64,000 nucleotides of DNA, from positions 19,653 to 83,652 of the forward strand of contig CAZJVU010000002.1 of assembly GCA_964550035.1 (NCBI GenBank). Direction: 5' to 3'. The translations under genes and the position numbers were made by a program. Below are positions 26,723-36,800 of this stretch, piece by piece. The first letter of the stretch is position 1; each line of letters begins with the position of its first letter. The notes beneath the pieces were generated by a model. That model had not been told where the DNA came from and made no database searches. It worked only from the letters and a program-made list of their open reading frames with translations. This DNA comes from an uncultured Candidatus Saccharibacteria bacterium (GTDB lineage Bacteria; Patescibacteriota; Saccharimonadia; Saccharimonadales; EFPC-124).

Positions 26723-28075
26723 ATGCTCACTGTCCCGCCCTACAACGGCGACGACCCGCGCAAGCTCTTTCACACCCTCAACAGCGGCCCCAACCTTCGT
26801 GGCGTCACGAATGCCAAACACGACGGCAACCTACCCGTCGACTGGAATCTCAGCTTCGGCCGAGTCGCGCCCTCACCCCTGCAAGGGGATATCGGATGGT
26901 TCACGAGGCTCACGGCGTCGGCGTTCACCGACTTCGAGAGCGCGTGCGCCCAACTCCTGCGATCCCCCGAGCTGGGTCCGGTGGTCCGGCGCCAGATTCT
27001 CGCCGACGTGGGTACGGACCAAGCCACGCGCGAGACGTACCTATCGAACCCGGTTCCGTTCCAGGTCCGGCGGCTCGACATCGTCATGAACCAGCACGGT
27101 CCGGCCGTGTGCGAAAACGACGAGATGCCCGGCGGCTTGGTCCACGCCTACTGGCTAGACCGTGCATACGGCGTCAACCAGCGGCGCTGGGACCGAGCTC
27201 TCCACTGGCTGACCGGCGGCGGTTCGTTGGTCTTCGCCGTTTCGACGGAATGGAGCGCACCGTACGTGCAGGAGATCACCTGGTTCGTGCAGCACCTGCA
27301 GCAGCGCGGTTTCGACGCCCACGTGGTGACGAGTAACCAGGCCAACAAGCTGAAGGTGAGGCGGGGTGGCGTCTTCCTGCGCCGCAAGAAGATCGGTACG
27401 GTGTGGCGGCTGTTCCCGGTCTTCGAAGCGCACGAGGCTTTCGCCCACATCGTCACGGCAGCGCACGAAGGAAAAGTCCGGCTCGCACCCCAGCTCGCCA
27501 GCTGGGGAAACAAAGCCTGGATGGGTGTGTTCTGGGAGCAGCGCGGTCACTTCCGCCGGGCCATGAGCCCGGAGGCCTACACGCTCCTCAGCCAGCTCAT
27601 TCCCTACACGCGGCTGGTTCGGGAGGACGGCGGTTTCCCATCGGCCATTCGCTCGCAGGGTGAGCTCGTGCGGCTCGACGACATGGACGCGCTCCGCGGA
27701 CTGCCGCAGCGCTTCCGGAAGCAAGTGGTCGTGAAGATGACCGGTGCGCACGACAAAGCGGCGCGCTCGTACGGCGTGATGATCGGCACGTCGGCAAGCG
27801 GCACACGGTGGGGCGAAGGCCTCACCCGCATGTTCGGCGTCGCCAAGCAGCTCGCCGTACAAGAGTACCGACCACCGCTTCGTGTTAATGTGCCGATCTG
27901 GTCGATGCTGAGCGGCGAGCCGGTGCTGGAAAATCCCTTCACCGGCAAGCTACTCGTCCGGCCTTGGGTGATCGGCGGAAGGCTGGTGAGCGCAACCGCG
28001 TTCCTCACCGTGCCCGACACCACCAAGCTCCACGGCACCACGTCGGGAGGGGAGATCCCAATCGACTTTGGCTGA
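26723..28075 (+). CDS. hypothetical 450 aa enzyme, possibly a circularly permuted ATP-grasp / GSP-synthetase-like ligase (high GC)
   Basis: GAGGAG then ATG. Long protein-like ORF at 65% GC. The family call rests on overall pattern only, with no diagnostic motif verified. Confidence 0.5.
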   Translation: MLTVPPYNGDDPRKLFHTLNSGPNLRGVTNAKHDGNLPVDWNLSFGRVAPSPLQGDIGWFTRLTASAFTDFESACAQLLRSPELGPVVRRQILADVGTDQATRETYLSNPVPFQVRRLDIVMNQHGPAVCENDEMPGGLVHAYWLDRAYGVNQRRWDRALHWLTGGGSLVFAVSTEWSAPYVQEITWFVQHLQQRGFDAHVVTSNQANKLKVRRGGVFLRRKKIGTVWRLFPVFEAHEAFAHIVTAAHEGKVRLAPQLASWGNKAWMGVFWEQRGHFRRAMSPEAYTLLSQLIPYTRLVREDGGFPSAIRSQGELVRLDDMDALRGLPQRFRKQVVVKMTGAHDKAARSYGVMIGTSASGTRWGEGLTRMFGVAKQLAVQEYRPPLRVNVPIWSMLSGEPVLENPFTGKLLVRPWVIGGRLVSATAFLTVPDTTKLHGTTSGGEIPIDFG

Positions 28076-28176
28076 ACAGGTCGTCCACTCTGACGGAGGT
28101 CGACCGCGCGGCGCAGAGAGATTCTGTGCCCGCGGTCGACCGCCCCAACCATAAAACACAAGCAAGGAGACAATCC

Positions 28177-29226
28177 ATGACAACCACCCCACATCGTTTT
28201 CGCGACTTTGGCCTTATCCCAGGCCTTCTTGCTTGTGGACCGCGCAATCTTTTGAGCGATGTCCCAGGCGTCAAGGTCGGCCACTACACGGTCCACCGAG
28301 AGCCATCCATCCACACTGGCGTGACGATCGTCGACCCTGGTATTCCGACAATTTTCCGCAATAAACTCCCGGCGGCAATAGCAGTGGGCAATGGCTTCGG
28401 CAAGCTGGCTGGCTATACGCAAATCGAAGAGCTTGGAACGCTCGAAACGCCACTAGCGCTCACCAATACGCTCGCCGTTGGTCCGGTTATGCGCGGTGTC
28501 GTCGATTTGGTATTGACCGACACACCAGACCTACTCCCGTACGAAACGATCAACGCCGTGGTAGGCGAGACCAACGACGGCCTCGTGAACGACATTCACG
28601 AACTCGCCCTCTCGAGTGACGATGTACGGAAAGCATACGACGCGCGCACCAGCGATTTCGAACTGGGCTCAGTCGGAGCGGGGACAGGCACGCGAGCGTT
28701 CTCGTGGAAGGGCGGCATCGGGAGCTCGTCACGCGTCGTGGAATATAGAGGTCAGAGCTGCACTGTGGGTGCCCTCGTCCAGACAAACTTTGGCGGAGCG
28801 CTGACTATCATGGGCACGGCGGTAGGGGAAGCGCTAGGCGAAACTGACTTTAATGGCAGCATCGAGCGGCTCCTCCGCCGACCCGATGGCTCGTGCATGA
28901 TCATCATCGCCACCGACGCACCGCTCGATAGCCGCCAGCTCAAACGGCTCGCCAGGCGCGCACTCGTAGGCATGACGCGCACTGGTTCGGTCATGGCCAA
29001 TAGCAGCGGCGACTACGCGATTGCCTTTTCGACGTGCCGCGACCAAACGCGTATTGCCGAAGACAGCAACGAGCTCAACCAGCTCTTCCTAGCGGCAGCC
29101 GAGGCCACCGAAGAAAGCGTCTACGATGCGCTCTTCACCGCCACAACCACCGTTGGCAGTCGAGCGACACTCGAGCAACTACCGATCGAAAAAGTCGTCA
29201 AATTGGTCAGGAGACAAAATGGATAA
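28177..29226 (+). CDS. S58 / DmpA-family aminopeptidase (L-aminopeptidase D-Ala-esterase/amidase-like)
   Basis: AAGGAGA then ATG. GVKVGHYTVHREPSIHTGVTIVDPG...NAVVGETNDG pattern typical of DmpA/OAT-fold peptidases. Confidence 0.7.
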   Translation: MTTTPHRFRDFGLIPGLLACGPRNLLSDVPGVKVGHYTVHREPSIHTGVTIVDPGIPTIFRNKLPAAIAVGNGFGKLAGYTQIEELGTLETPLALTNTLAVGPVMRGVVDLVLTDTPDLLPYETINAVVGETNDGLVNDIHELALSSDDVRKAYDARTSDFELGSVGAGTGTRAFSWKGGIGSSSRVVEYRGQSCTVGALVQTNFGGALTIMGTAVGEALGETDFNGSIERLLRRPDGSCMIIIATDAPLDSRQLKRLARRALVGMTRTGSVMANSSGDYAIAFSTCRDQTRIAEDSNELNQLFLAAAEATEESVYDALFTATTTVGSRATLEQLPIEKVVKLVRRQNG

Positions 29227-29980
29227 AACCTCAGAACCACAACGACAATTCCGCGTCGGCATCCTGGGCGGCATGGGCCCACTGGCTGGCGTCGAGCTAC
29301 ACCGGCTGATCATCGACGCCACGCCCGCCACAAAAGACCAGGACCACATGCAGGTCGTACTGTTCACCAACCCCAGCATTCCAGACCGAACGCAATCCCT
29401 TCGCGATGACGATGGCAAGCTATATGCTTGCGCCGCTGGAGAATCGGTTGCCGAGCTCGAGCGCATGAACGTCAACGTCATCGTGATGGCCTGCATGACC
29501 GCGCACTCGCGCCTGTCGTACATCCAAAGGCAGACGAACGTTCCTATCCTCAGTGGCATTCCACTTGTCCATGCCGCGCTCACCACACACTATCCCCAGA
29601 AGAAAGTAGCGCTCCTGGCGACGCCGGGCTCAATTGCTTCCGGTGTCTACACCGACAGCGCGCCAAACATCGACTGGCTTATTCCCGGAGAGGCTTTGCA
29701 GCAAGAAATAACTGACGCCATCTATAAAATCAAAGCTGGTTCCCAACTCGCCGGCAGTCGCCAGTTGCAGCAAGTCATGGAAGCGCTGCAAAGCCAAGGC
29801 GCCGATCTGTTCATCCTAGGATGCACCGAGCTTGGCTTGCTGTTTGCCGACCTACAGGAGCGCGGTTTTAGCGTCATCGACCCTCTGCGACTCCTGGCAC
29901 AGCAGCTTGTTATCCTCAACAATCTTCACCGATCTGTACAACCTACAGGGCAAGGTGTCAAAGCAATGTATAATGGGTAG
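29219..29980 (+). CDS. aspartate/glutamate-family amino-acid racemase
   Basis: FRVGILGGMGPLAG...VIVMACMTAHS...LFILGCTELG carries the two-Cys racemase signature. 8 nt overlap with the upstream gene. Confidence 0.8.
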   Translation: MDKTSEPQRQFRVGILGGMGPLAGVELHRLIIDATPATKDQDHMQVVLFTNPSIPDRTQSLRDDDGKLYACAAGESVAELERMNVNVIVMACMTAHSRLSYIQRQTNVPILSGIPLVHAALTTHYPQKKVALLATPGSIASGVYTDSAPNIDWLIPGEALQQEITDAIYKIKAGSQLAGSRQLQQVMEALQSQGADLFILGCTELGLLFADLQERGFSVIDPLRLLAQQLVILNNLHRSVQPTGQGVKAMYNG

Positions 29981-30004
29981 CGAATAAGATTTCAGTTTAT
30001 ATAT

Positions 30005-31132
30005 ATGAAGACGACGATTACTACTATTTTGGCTGACCTCGTTGCGTTCCCGACGGTCTCGGAAGATCGACGCGCTAATCGTGAGGCCCTCGACTATATC
30101 GAGCGCTTTTTGGAGGCCCGCGGTATGTATGTGCGGCGGTTTGAACAGAATGGGTACGAGTCGCTCGTCGCTACGACACGCCAGACAAAGAAACCGCGAA
30201 TTCTGCTTGCTGGTCATATTGATGTCGTGCCAGCGCCGCCGCTCGCGTTCAAGCTCGAGGAGCGCGATGGCAAACTTTATGGCCGCGGCGTGTGCGACAT
30301 GAAGTTTGCGATCGCCACCTATCTTCAGCTCGTCGATGATCTCCAAGGGAATCTCAGCGCCTACGACCTCGGCATCATGATTACATCCGACGAAGAAGTT
30401 GGCGGCCGCGACGGCGTACAGATGCTACTCGATAAGGTCGGATACCGCACCGACGTCTGCGTCCTGCCCGACGGCGGCGACAACTGGGCGCTCGAGCGCG
30501 AAGCCAAAGGCCTCTTGTGGGTCGTCGCTACCAGCAATGGCGTGACAGCGCATGGTTCGCGCCCATGGGAAGGCGCAAGTGCGATCGAGAAGATGATGAA
30601 CTTCCTGCGCACCGTCCAGTACGATCTGTTCGCCGAACAAAACGGCAACACCAGCACCTGCAACATCGGTACCATTCACGGCGGTAACGCAGTCAACCAA
30701 GTGGCCGACGTCTGTAGCGCCAACCTCGACATTCGGCCCGTTAATCGTGAAGAGCAGGGGAACATCATTGCTCATCTTAATAAACTCAGCAAGCAATACG
30801 ATGTTGGACTCGAATATCACCTCAACGATTCGCCGATTGACGTCGACCTCAGCAACCCTTACGTCATTGCGTACGTCGAGAGCGTCGAGAAAGCCCTCGG
30901 CCAACCAATAGAATTCACGAAATCCAACGGCGGTAGCGACGCGCGCTACTTCGCCGGCTACGACATTCCCACGCTGGTTGGCTATCCAACCGGTGGCGGC
31001 CGGCATGCCGACGGAGAATGGCTAGAGGTAGAAGGATTCCACACATTCAACGACGTCCTTCATGATTTTGTCCAGCGCGTCGCCCAGACAACAGATCAAA
31101 AACTCGCCAAATCGTTGACATCTGCACAATAA
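30005..31132 (+). CDS. M20 family metallopeptidase (ArgE/DapE-like deacylase)
   Basis: LAGHIDVVPA...GRGVCDMKF...TSDEEVGG conserved M20 metal-binding motifs. Confidence 0.85.
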   Translation: MKTTITTILADLVAFPTVSEDRRANREALDYIERFLEARGMYVRRFEQNGYESLVATTRQTKKPRILLAGHIDVVPAPPLAFKLEERDGKLYGRGVCDMKFAIATYLQLVDDLQGNLSAYDLGIMITSDEEVGGRDGVQMLLDKVGYRTDVCVLPDGGDNWALEREAKGLLWVVATSNGVTAHGSRPWEGASAIEKMMNFLRTVQYDLFAEQNGNTSTCNIGTIHGGNAVNQVADVCSANLDIRPVNREEQGNIIAHLNKLSKQYDVGLEYHLNDSPIDVDLSNPYVIAYVESVEKALGQPIEFTKSNGGSDARYFAGYDIPTLVGYPTGGGRHADGEWLEVEGFHTFNDVLHDFVQRVAQTTDQKLAKSLTSAQ

Positions 31133-31140
31133 TTCGCTAC

Positions 31141-31352
31141 AATTTTCAGTGACCATTACCGAAGACAGTAGCTGCAAGGGAAACCGAGCTTAATCCGCTA
31201 CCGAGGATAGTGATACAAACACAGTATTTCTCCCCGAATAGGTCGTTGGTAATGCGAGAACCAAGGACCTTTTTCTTTTCCTTGCACTTCGCACGCATAC
31301 CGCATTTTAACAATCTGGTCGATCTAAACTAACTGTAAGTAAGAGGTGAAAC
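31141..31352 (+). promoter_or_regulatory. rplJ 5' leader region (candidate L10 autoregulatory leader)
   Basis: About 210 nt non-coding region upstream of rplJ. SD AAGAGGTG. Confidence 0.3.
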
Positions 31353-31877
31353 ATGGCAATTAGTCGTGATAAAAAGCAGAACCTCGTACGTGAGCTCAGC
31401 GAACTCCTTGGCGCCGCCAAGATGACCGCCTTTGCCGCCTACGAAGGTCTGACCGTAGCCGACTTGCAAGAACTTCGCCGCGCCGCTCGCGACCAAGGTG
31501 TTACCATCAGGGTTGTCAAAAACCGCCTGGTACGCGTTGCAGCGCAGCAGTCTGAAGCGCTCAAAAGCGTCGACACCAGCGCCCTGAAGGGCCAGCTGAT
31601 CTACGCCATGAGCACGGAAGACGAAGTCGCTCCAGCTCAAGCTCTGGCAAACTTTGCTAAAACCCACGAAGCTCTGAAGCTTCAGGGTGGCATTTCTGCT
31701 GAAGGCAAGCTGCTCGACGAGGCAGAAGTTAAGGCATTGGCTACACTCCCAAGCAAGAACGAGCTCATCGCTCAAGTTATTGCAACCCTCAGCTCACCAC
31801 TCGATGGCGTTATGAATGGCCTTTCTGGCAATCTTCATGCGCTGCTGGATGGTGTTGAGGCTAAGGCTACGGCCTAA
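31353..31877 (+). CDS. rplJ: 50S ribosomal protein L10
   Basis: MAISRDKKQNLVRELSELLGAAKMTAFAAYEGLTVADLQELRRAAR. Confidence 0.9.
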   Translation: MAISRDKKQNLVRELSELLGAAKMTAFAAYEGLTVADLQELRRAARDQGVTIRVVKNRLVRVAAQQSEALKSVDTSALKGQLIYAMSTEDEVAPAQALANFAKTHEALKLQGGISAEGKLLDEAEVKALATLPSKNELIAQVIATLSSPLDGVMNGLSGNLHALLDGVEAKATA

Positions 31878-31888
31878 CCCCCTAAATG

Positions 31889-31925
31889 GAAGGGGTCCTG
31901 TCAGCTCGTCCGCCCCTTCTTTTTG
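31889..31925 (+). terminator. hairpin plus T-run after rplJ (terminator or attenuator)
   Basis: 7 bp stem GAAGGGG/CCCCTTC with a 17 nt loop, then TTTTTG. Confidence 0.4.
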
Positions 31926-32004
31926 TCCTCGCGTGAGTACACGCTGCGGGAAAAAGTGGGGCCGCCCCGCGAGCTGCCACCCCATCTAATTAATAAAATC
32001 GGGA

Positions 32005-32110
32005 TGTAACAGGTAATTGTATTCCGGCAAAAGCTCGACCTTCCCGGTCGGAAGGAAGCGAACTTTTGTGAGCGGACTGTACTTTTGCAGGGATACAATT
32101 ACCTGTTACA
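32005..32110. repeat. 18 bp perfect inverted repeat (TGTAACAGGTAATTGTAT / ATACAATTACCTGTTACA) flanking a 70 nt spacer with a nested hairpin
   Basis: Arms at 32005-32022 and 32093-32110. Inner hairpin CCTTCC-CGGTC-GGAAGG. Confidence 0.6.
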
Positions 32111-32150
32111 GACCTTCCAATTTCTAGTAATGTGAAAGGAATCAACTACA

Positions 32151-32531
32151 ATGGCTGATTTGAAGAAACTGGCAGAAGAGCTGACAAAGCTGACTGTCCT
32201 CGAAGTAAACGAACTGAAGACTATCCTGAAGGATGAATACGGCATCGAGCCTGCAGCTGCTGCAGTCGCTGTTGCTGGTCCTGCTGCTGGCGGCGACGCT
32301 GGTGCAGCCGAAGACGAAAAGACTGAGTTCACCGTCACCCTAAAGGACGCTGGTTCTCAGAAAGTAGCAGTCATCAAGGCTGTTAAGGAACTCACCGGCC
32401 TTGGCCTTGGTGAGGCAAAGGGTCTTGTCGACAACGCTCCTAGCGCAATCAAGGAGAAAGTCAGCAAGGACGACGCTGAAGCTGCCAAGAAAGCTCTCGA
32501 AGAAGCTGGCGCTACTGTTGAAGTTGCCTAG
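32151..32531 (+). CDS. rplL: 50S ribosomal protein L7/L12
   Basis: [34 protein letters not shown] with Ala/Pro hinge and a conserved C-terminal domain. Confidence 0.95.
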   Translation: MADLKKLAEELTKLTVLEVNELKTILKDEYGIEPAAAAVAVAGPAAGGDAGAAEDEKTEFTVTLKDAGSQKVAVIKAVKELTGLGLGEAKGLVDNAPSAIKEKVSKDDAEAAKKALEEAGATVEVA

Positions 32532-32583
32532 TTTAGAACCTAGAACCATCTAAACGACACCGACCAGATTGTATATGCACGCT

Positions 32584-32610
32584 AAAACCCACTCGCAATG
32601 AGTGGGTTTT
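32584..32610 (+). terminator. rho-independent terminator after rplL
   Basis: 11 bp perfect stem AAAACCCACTC/GAGTGGGTTTT with a 5 nt loop. Confidence 0.75.
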
Positions 32611-32691
32611 AGTATATGCCTAGAATGTGACTCGCGGGCCACTCGGCGCTGGATGTACCCGGCGCCAAGTGGCCTCGCGACATGCCGCGTG

Positions 32692-33057
32692 CTACCACGT
32701 GAGCCAATCGTCTCGATCAGTCGCTAGGCCAGCGTCTCGCCGTTCGACTGGCCGAACCAGCTCCACGCCGTCGAGTTCGAACACGATGCTCACCTGGTCC
32801 GCCAACTCCGCCAGGTAGTCGGCGTTGGAGCGAGTAACCGGCAGATCAGGCTCAAGATAGAGGCACCACGCCTCAGGCGATCTACCGGCTGTGATGAGAT
32901 GCGCACCCCGAACGCCCTGCAGGCTCAATACCTTGGGCAGCCGGCGTGAATCGAAACGCGCGCCCCCTCCAGCGCTGCAATACAGAGCAGCAGTGCTCGC
33001 AGGTTGTACCTTCAAAACAGTACCCACGAAAAACCTCCAAAGGTTTTCTTGCGACAT
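32692..33057 (-). CDS. possible hypothetical protein in a high-GC islet
   Basis: ORF of 121 aa at more than 65% GC immediately after the rplL terminator. Confidence 0.3.
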   Translation of the reverse strand: MSQENLWRFFVGTVLKVQPASTAALYCSAGGGARFDSRRLPKVLSLQGVRGAHLITAGRSPEAWCLYLEPDLPVTRSNADYLAELADQVSIVFELDGVELVRPVERRDAGLATDRDDWLTW

Positions 33058-33235
33058 CCAGACTGTAAAACAAATCGGCGCATACTACAATACACAAAGC
33101 GCGTAGTGATGGTGCTTATGCATTAACACTAGATATAGTGCATACAGAGACAATTCTGTTGACACACTTACAGCGATAGAGTATGCTGCAAGATGAAAGC
33201 ACCACTACAAACAAACAGATAGGATTTGCGAGACC

Positions 33236-33748
33236 ATGTCTGATTTACCCGAAAAACAAGTGAAGCGGCTTAAGTCGCTCATTCAAGATGCTGAGACCAA
33301 CCTTGCGGCCGCAAAGGAACTTTTGATTAGCCTCGTAGGTGACGATGAAACCGTATCACGAGCCGGCAGCCCCGAAGAAGTAGCTGGCAAAGTTATCGAA
33401 GGCGTTTTCGACGGCAACACAATGGTCGGCCCAGACGGCAAGATATACCCCGTGCCCGCCAACTACGCTAGCAAATCCAAACTTGTAGAAGGTGACATCC
33501 TCAAACTTACGATCGCCGACGACGGTGGATTTATTTATAAGCAAATTGGTCCAGTGGCTCGCCGCCAGATCATCGGCACACTCGTGTCACATGACGGCGC
33601 ATACTACGTCGAAGCCGGCGGCCGCGAATATCGCGTACTCCTGGCCAGCGTCACATACTTCAAGGCAAAAACCGGCGACCAGATCAGCATCATCATCCCC
33701 GAAGACAACCGCGAAGCCGAGTGGGCTGCTATCGAAGCCGCTCTCTAA
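33236..33748 (+). CDS. hypothetical protein (170 aa)
   Basis: Candidate promoter TTGACA-17-TATGCT upstream. No motif recognised. Confidence 0.5.
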   Translation: MSDLPEKQVKRLKSLIQDAETNLAAAKELLISLVGDDETVSRAGSPEEVAGKVIEGVFDGNTMVGPDGKIYPVPANYASKSKLVEGDILKLTIADDGGFIYKQIGPVARRQIIGTLVSHDGAYYVEAGGREYRVLLASVTYFKAKTGDQISIIIPEDNREAEWAAIEAAL

Positions 33749-33770
33749 CGCAACCGAATCAAAAATCTTT

Positions 33771-33798
33771 CAAGCTCGCCCTCAAGGCGAGCTTGTTT
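33771..33798 (+). terminator. hairpin terminator
   Basis: 10 bp perfect stem CAAGCTCGCC/GGCGAGCTTG with a 5 nt loop, then TTTAT. Confidence 0.55.
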
Positions 33799-33841
33799 AT
33801 CCGTTGACGGCGAGCACAAAACTCATTTACCATAGACGGTA

Positions 33842-36800
33842 ATGGGCAAAAGGGTAGGGGAAACGCCGGCACAGAACAGTGTCACCGTCGACGATAAGGA
33901 TATTATTGTCATTGTCATACGGGGCAAGCAAGATGCCGAGTCGGTTCGCTTGCTCGCTCTCGATCTGAATCAAAAGATCCGTGGGCTCGAATCCCAAAAC
34001 AAAAAGATCAACATGTACTGCGATGTACGCGGACTCAAGCTCAACGACCTTACTTCATCTGCGCGTATCGAGAGCAAGAAGCTTATGAACTTGCCCGTAC
34101 ACCGCGGTGCGATTGTTGGCCAAGGGGCGATCATAAGTATCGTTGCATATCTGCTCCGGTTCAGCGCGCATGGTACGCGGCGATTCTTTACCTCGTCGGA
34201 TGCGGCTTATCGTTGGCTGCACGACAAGGAGCGCACCGCACAAAGCCGGCCAGTGTCGAGCCTCATTATCGGCGCGACCATTCTGCTCATTGGCATTACC
34301 GGCTTGCTCGGATGGTGCCTAGGTAACGATTACCTGACCAGATGGATACCGACGCTACGCCCTATTAACCCGGTTGCCGCTGTTGGGCTGTTGGCGGCCG
34401 GTACTGGCTTCGTATTCTATTACTTTAATAAGCTCCTCTGGCTTAAAATTGCAGGCGTGTTCGGCGTACTTCTCGGCGTCGCGGCATTGTCACCGCTCGA
34501 TATCGATCACATCTTGTTCGCGTCTCAAGTGCAAGGGGCGCATACAGAATTATCCGACTCTGCTGCGTGGTGTTTTATCGCACTTGGCTTATCACCATTT
34601 ACCGTTGGGACGAAGCGTGTGTGGGTACGCCTACTCCAGTACGCCCTGGCTGGGATGATTTTAGGGTTATCGCTCGTCAACATCTTCGGTCAGCTCTACG
34701 CGCACGATGCCCTCTATGCATTCAGTCCTACATTTGTGATGGCTTTTAATCTAGCTCTGGCGTTCCTCTTGGTGGGGCTTAATCTTATTCTTATTATTCT
34801 GTACCGCCAAATGGGAAGTGTGCTCGTGCGGATTTCGAGGCTTGGTTGGCTGATTGTCTTTGCGCTCATCGGCATCCAGCTTCTGACCTATGGTGCATGG
34901 GCCCAAGCACAGAATCGTAATACCGGGGACTCGTCACGTATCTTTATGGAACGAGCCAAACTCATCTATGAGACGCTCGACCAACGTCATCAGACCTACA
35001 TCGATGCGCTCTATGGTTTCCGCGGGTTGTTTGCGGCAAGCCAGTCAGTCGAACAGGGCGAGTTCCAGTCGTACTACGATTCGCTTAACCTCGCGCAAAC
35101 CTACCCCGGTCTGCGAGCGCTGTCGTTCGTCTCGAAAGTCAGCGATAAAGATCTCGACTCGTTCGCCAAACTCCAGCAGAATGATCGCAGCCTCCACAAA
35201 GAAGGCAACCCCAAGTTTGCCATTACATCTAAGACGAGCCTCCCCGAACATTACATAGTAACCTTCGTGGCCAACTCCGCAACAATAGGCGGCTCTGACC
35301 TTGGTGCGTCACCTGACAGATTGGCGGCGTTCCGAAAGGCTGAAGCCACCAACCAGCCAGTCGCCTCGGGTACACTCGAGTTTGCAGCGAGCGCAACAGC
35401 GCCTGCACAGAAGGGCTTTTTCGTCACCATTCCCGTAAGCACCAAGGGCAACACGCGTACCGCTGGATTCGTAAATGCCGTATTCAGCTACGACCAGTTC
35501 TTTACGCGTGCGCTCCAGTCAGGTGATTGGACGAGACTTACGCTCAGCGTTCGCGATCTTCAGGATGGCACCACGATCTACAGTAAAAAAGACGCACCGG
35601 ATAACGCACCACGAAAATTTAGCGACAATATCACCGTCGCTGACCGCACGTGGCACCTTGAAGTGAGCGCCGCACAAGACTTTGGGATTAGTCAGAGCCA
35701 AATTGAATTTCCAAAGCTTGTCTTGGCGGGTGGCCAGCTCTTCTCGCTGCTTATGATCGGCGTGTTCGTGCTGCAAAATCGCTCCCGCCAGCAAGCGCTT
35801 GACCTCGCGGATCGTATCACCGAAGACCTTCACCGCGAGCGCAATATGGCTGTGGCGAACGATCGCAAGAGCAACGCCATCCTCGAAAGCATTGGCGATG
35901 CGGTCTTTGCTATCGATACACACAAACGCATCACGCTCTTCAACCCGGCAGCAGTACAGGTGAGTGGGCACAGCCAAGACGAAGCACTCGGCAAGCCGTA
36001 CACAGACATCCTCACATTTGTCTTCGAGAAAGACAAGAAACCGAACACCCACTTCGTTGAATACGCACTGAAAGGCCACGTGACCTCCATGAAAAACCAC
36101 ACGCTTCTCATCCACAAAGACGGGCGCGAAGTAGCGGTAGCGGATTCAGCCGCACCAATTCGCAACGCACAGGGGCATACTATCGGAGTTATTGTCGTGT
36201 TCCGCGATGTGTCCAAAGAACAAGCACTTGACAAAGCCAAGACCGAGTTCGTCTCACTTGCTTCTCACCAGCTCCGTACGCCGCTCTCAGCTATTAACTG
36301 GTTCTCGGAGATGCTCCTCAATGGCGATGCAGGCAAAGTCAACAAAGATCAGCACGAGTACCTCCAAGAAATCTATGATGGCAATCAACGCATGATCGAG
36401 CTCGTTGACTCCCTCCTCAACGTCTCCCGCCTGGAGGTAGGCAAACTCAAGAACGACCCCCAGCCGACCTCTATGCAAGGCATCACCGACAGCCTCATGA
36501 AAGAGCTTCAGACAAGCATCGCCAGCAAGCAAATGATCGTTTCGCTCAAAGTTCCGCCGAGCCTTCCGACCGTCTTCGCTGATCCAAAGCTTCTACGCAT
36601 GGTTGTCCAAAACCTCATGACCAACGCCATCAAATACACCGATCCGAAGGGCCGCGTTGCGCTCACCATGCGCGAGGCAACCGCTGAAGATATCCGCGCA
36701 GGCAAGCTCCACCCCGGGCGCTACATGTACCTGAGCGTCGCCGACAATGGCTACGGTATTCCGAAATCCCAGCAAGACAAGATCTTCCAGAAACTATTCC

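Noticed and set aside
27964-28176. N-terminal extension of the DmpA ORF overlapping the end of the upstream gene
   Set aside because: The extension is Arg-rich shadow. AAGGAGA then ATG at 28177 gives the conserved DmpA N-terminus.
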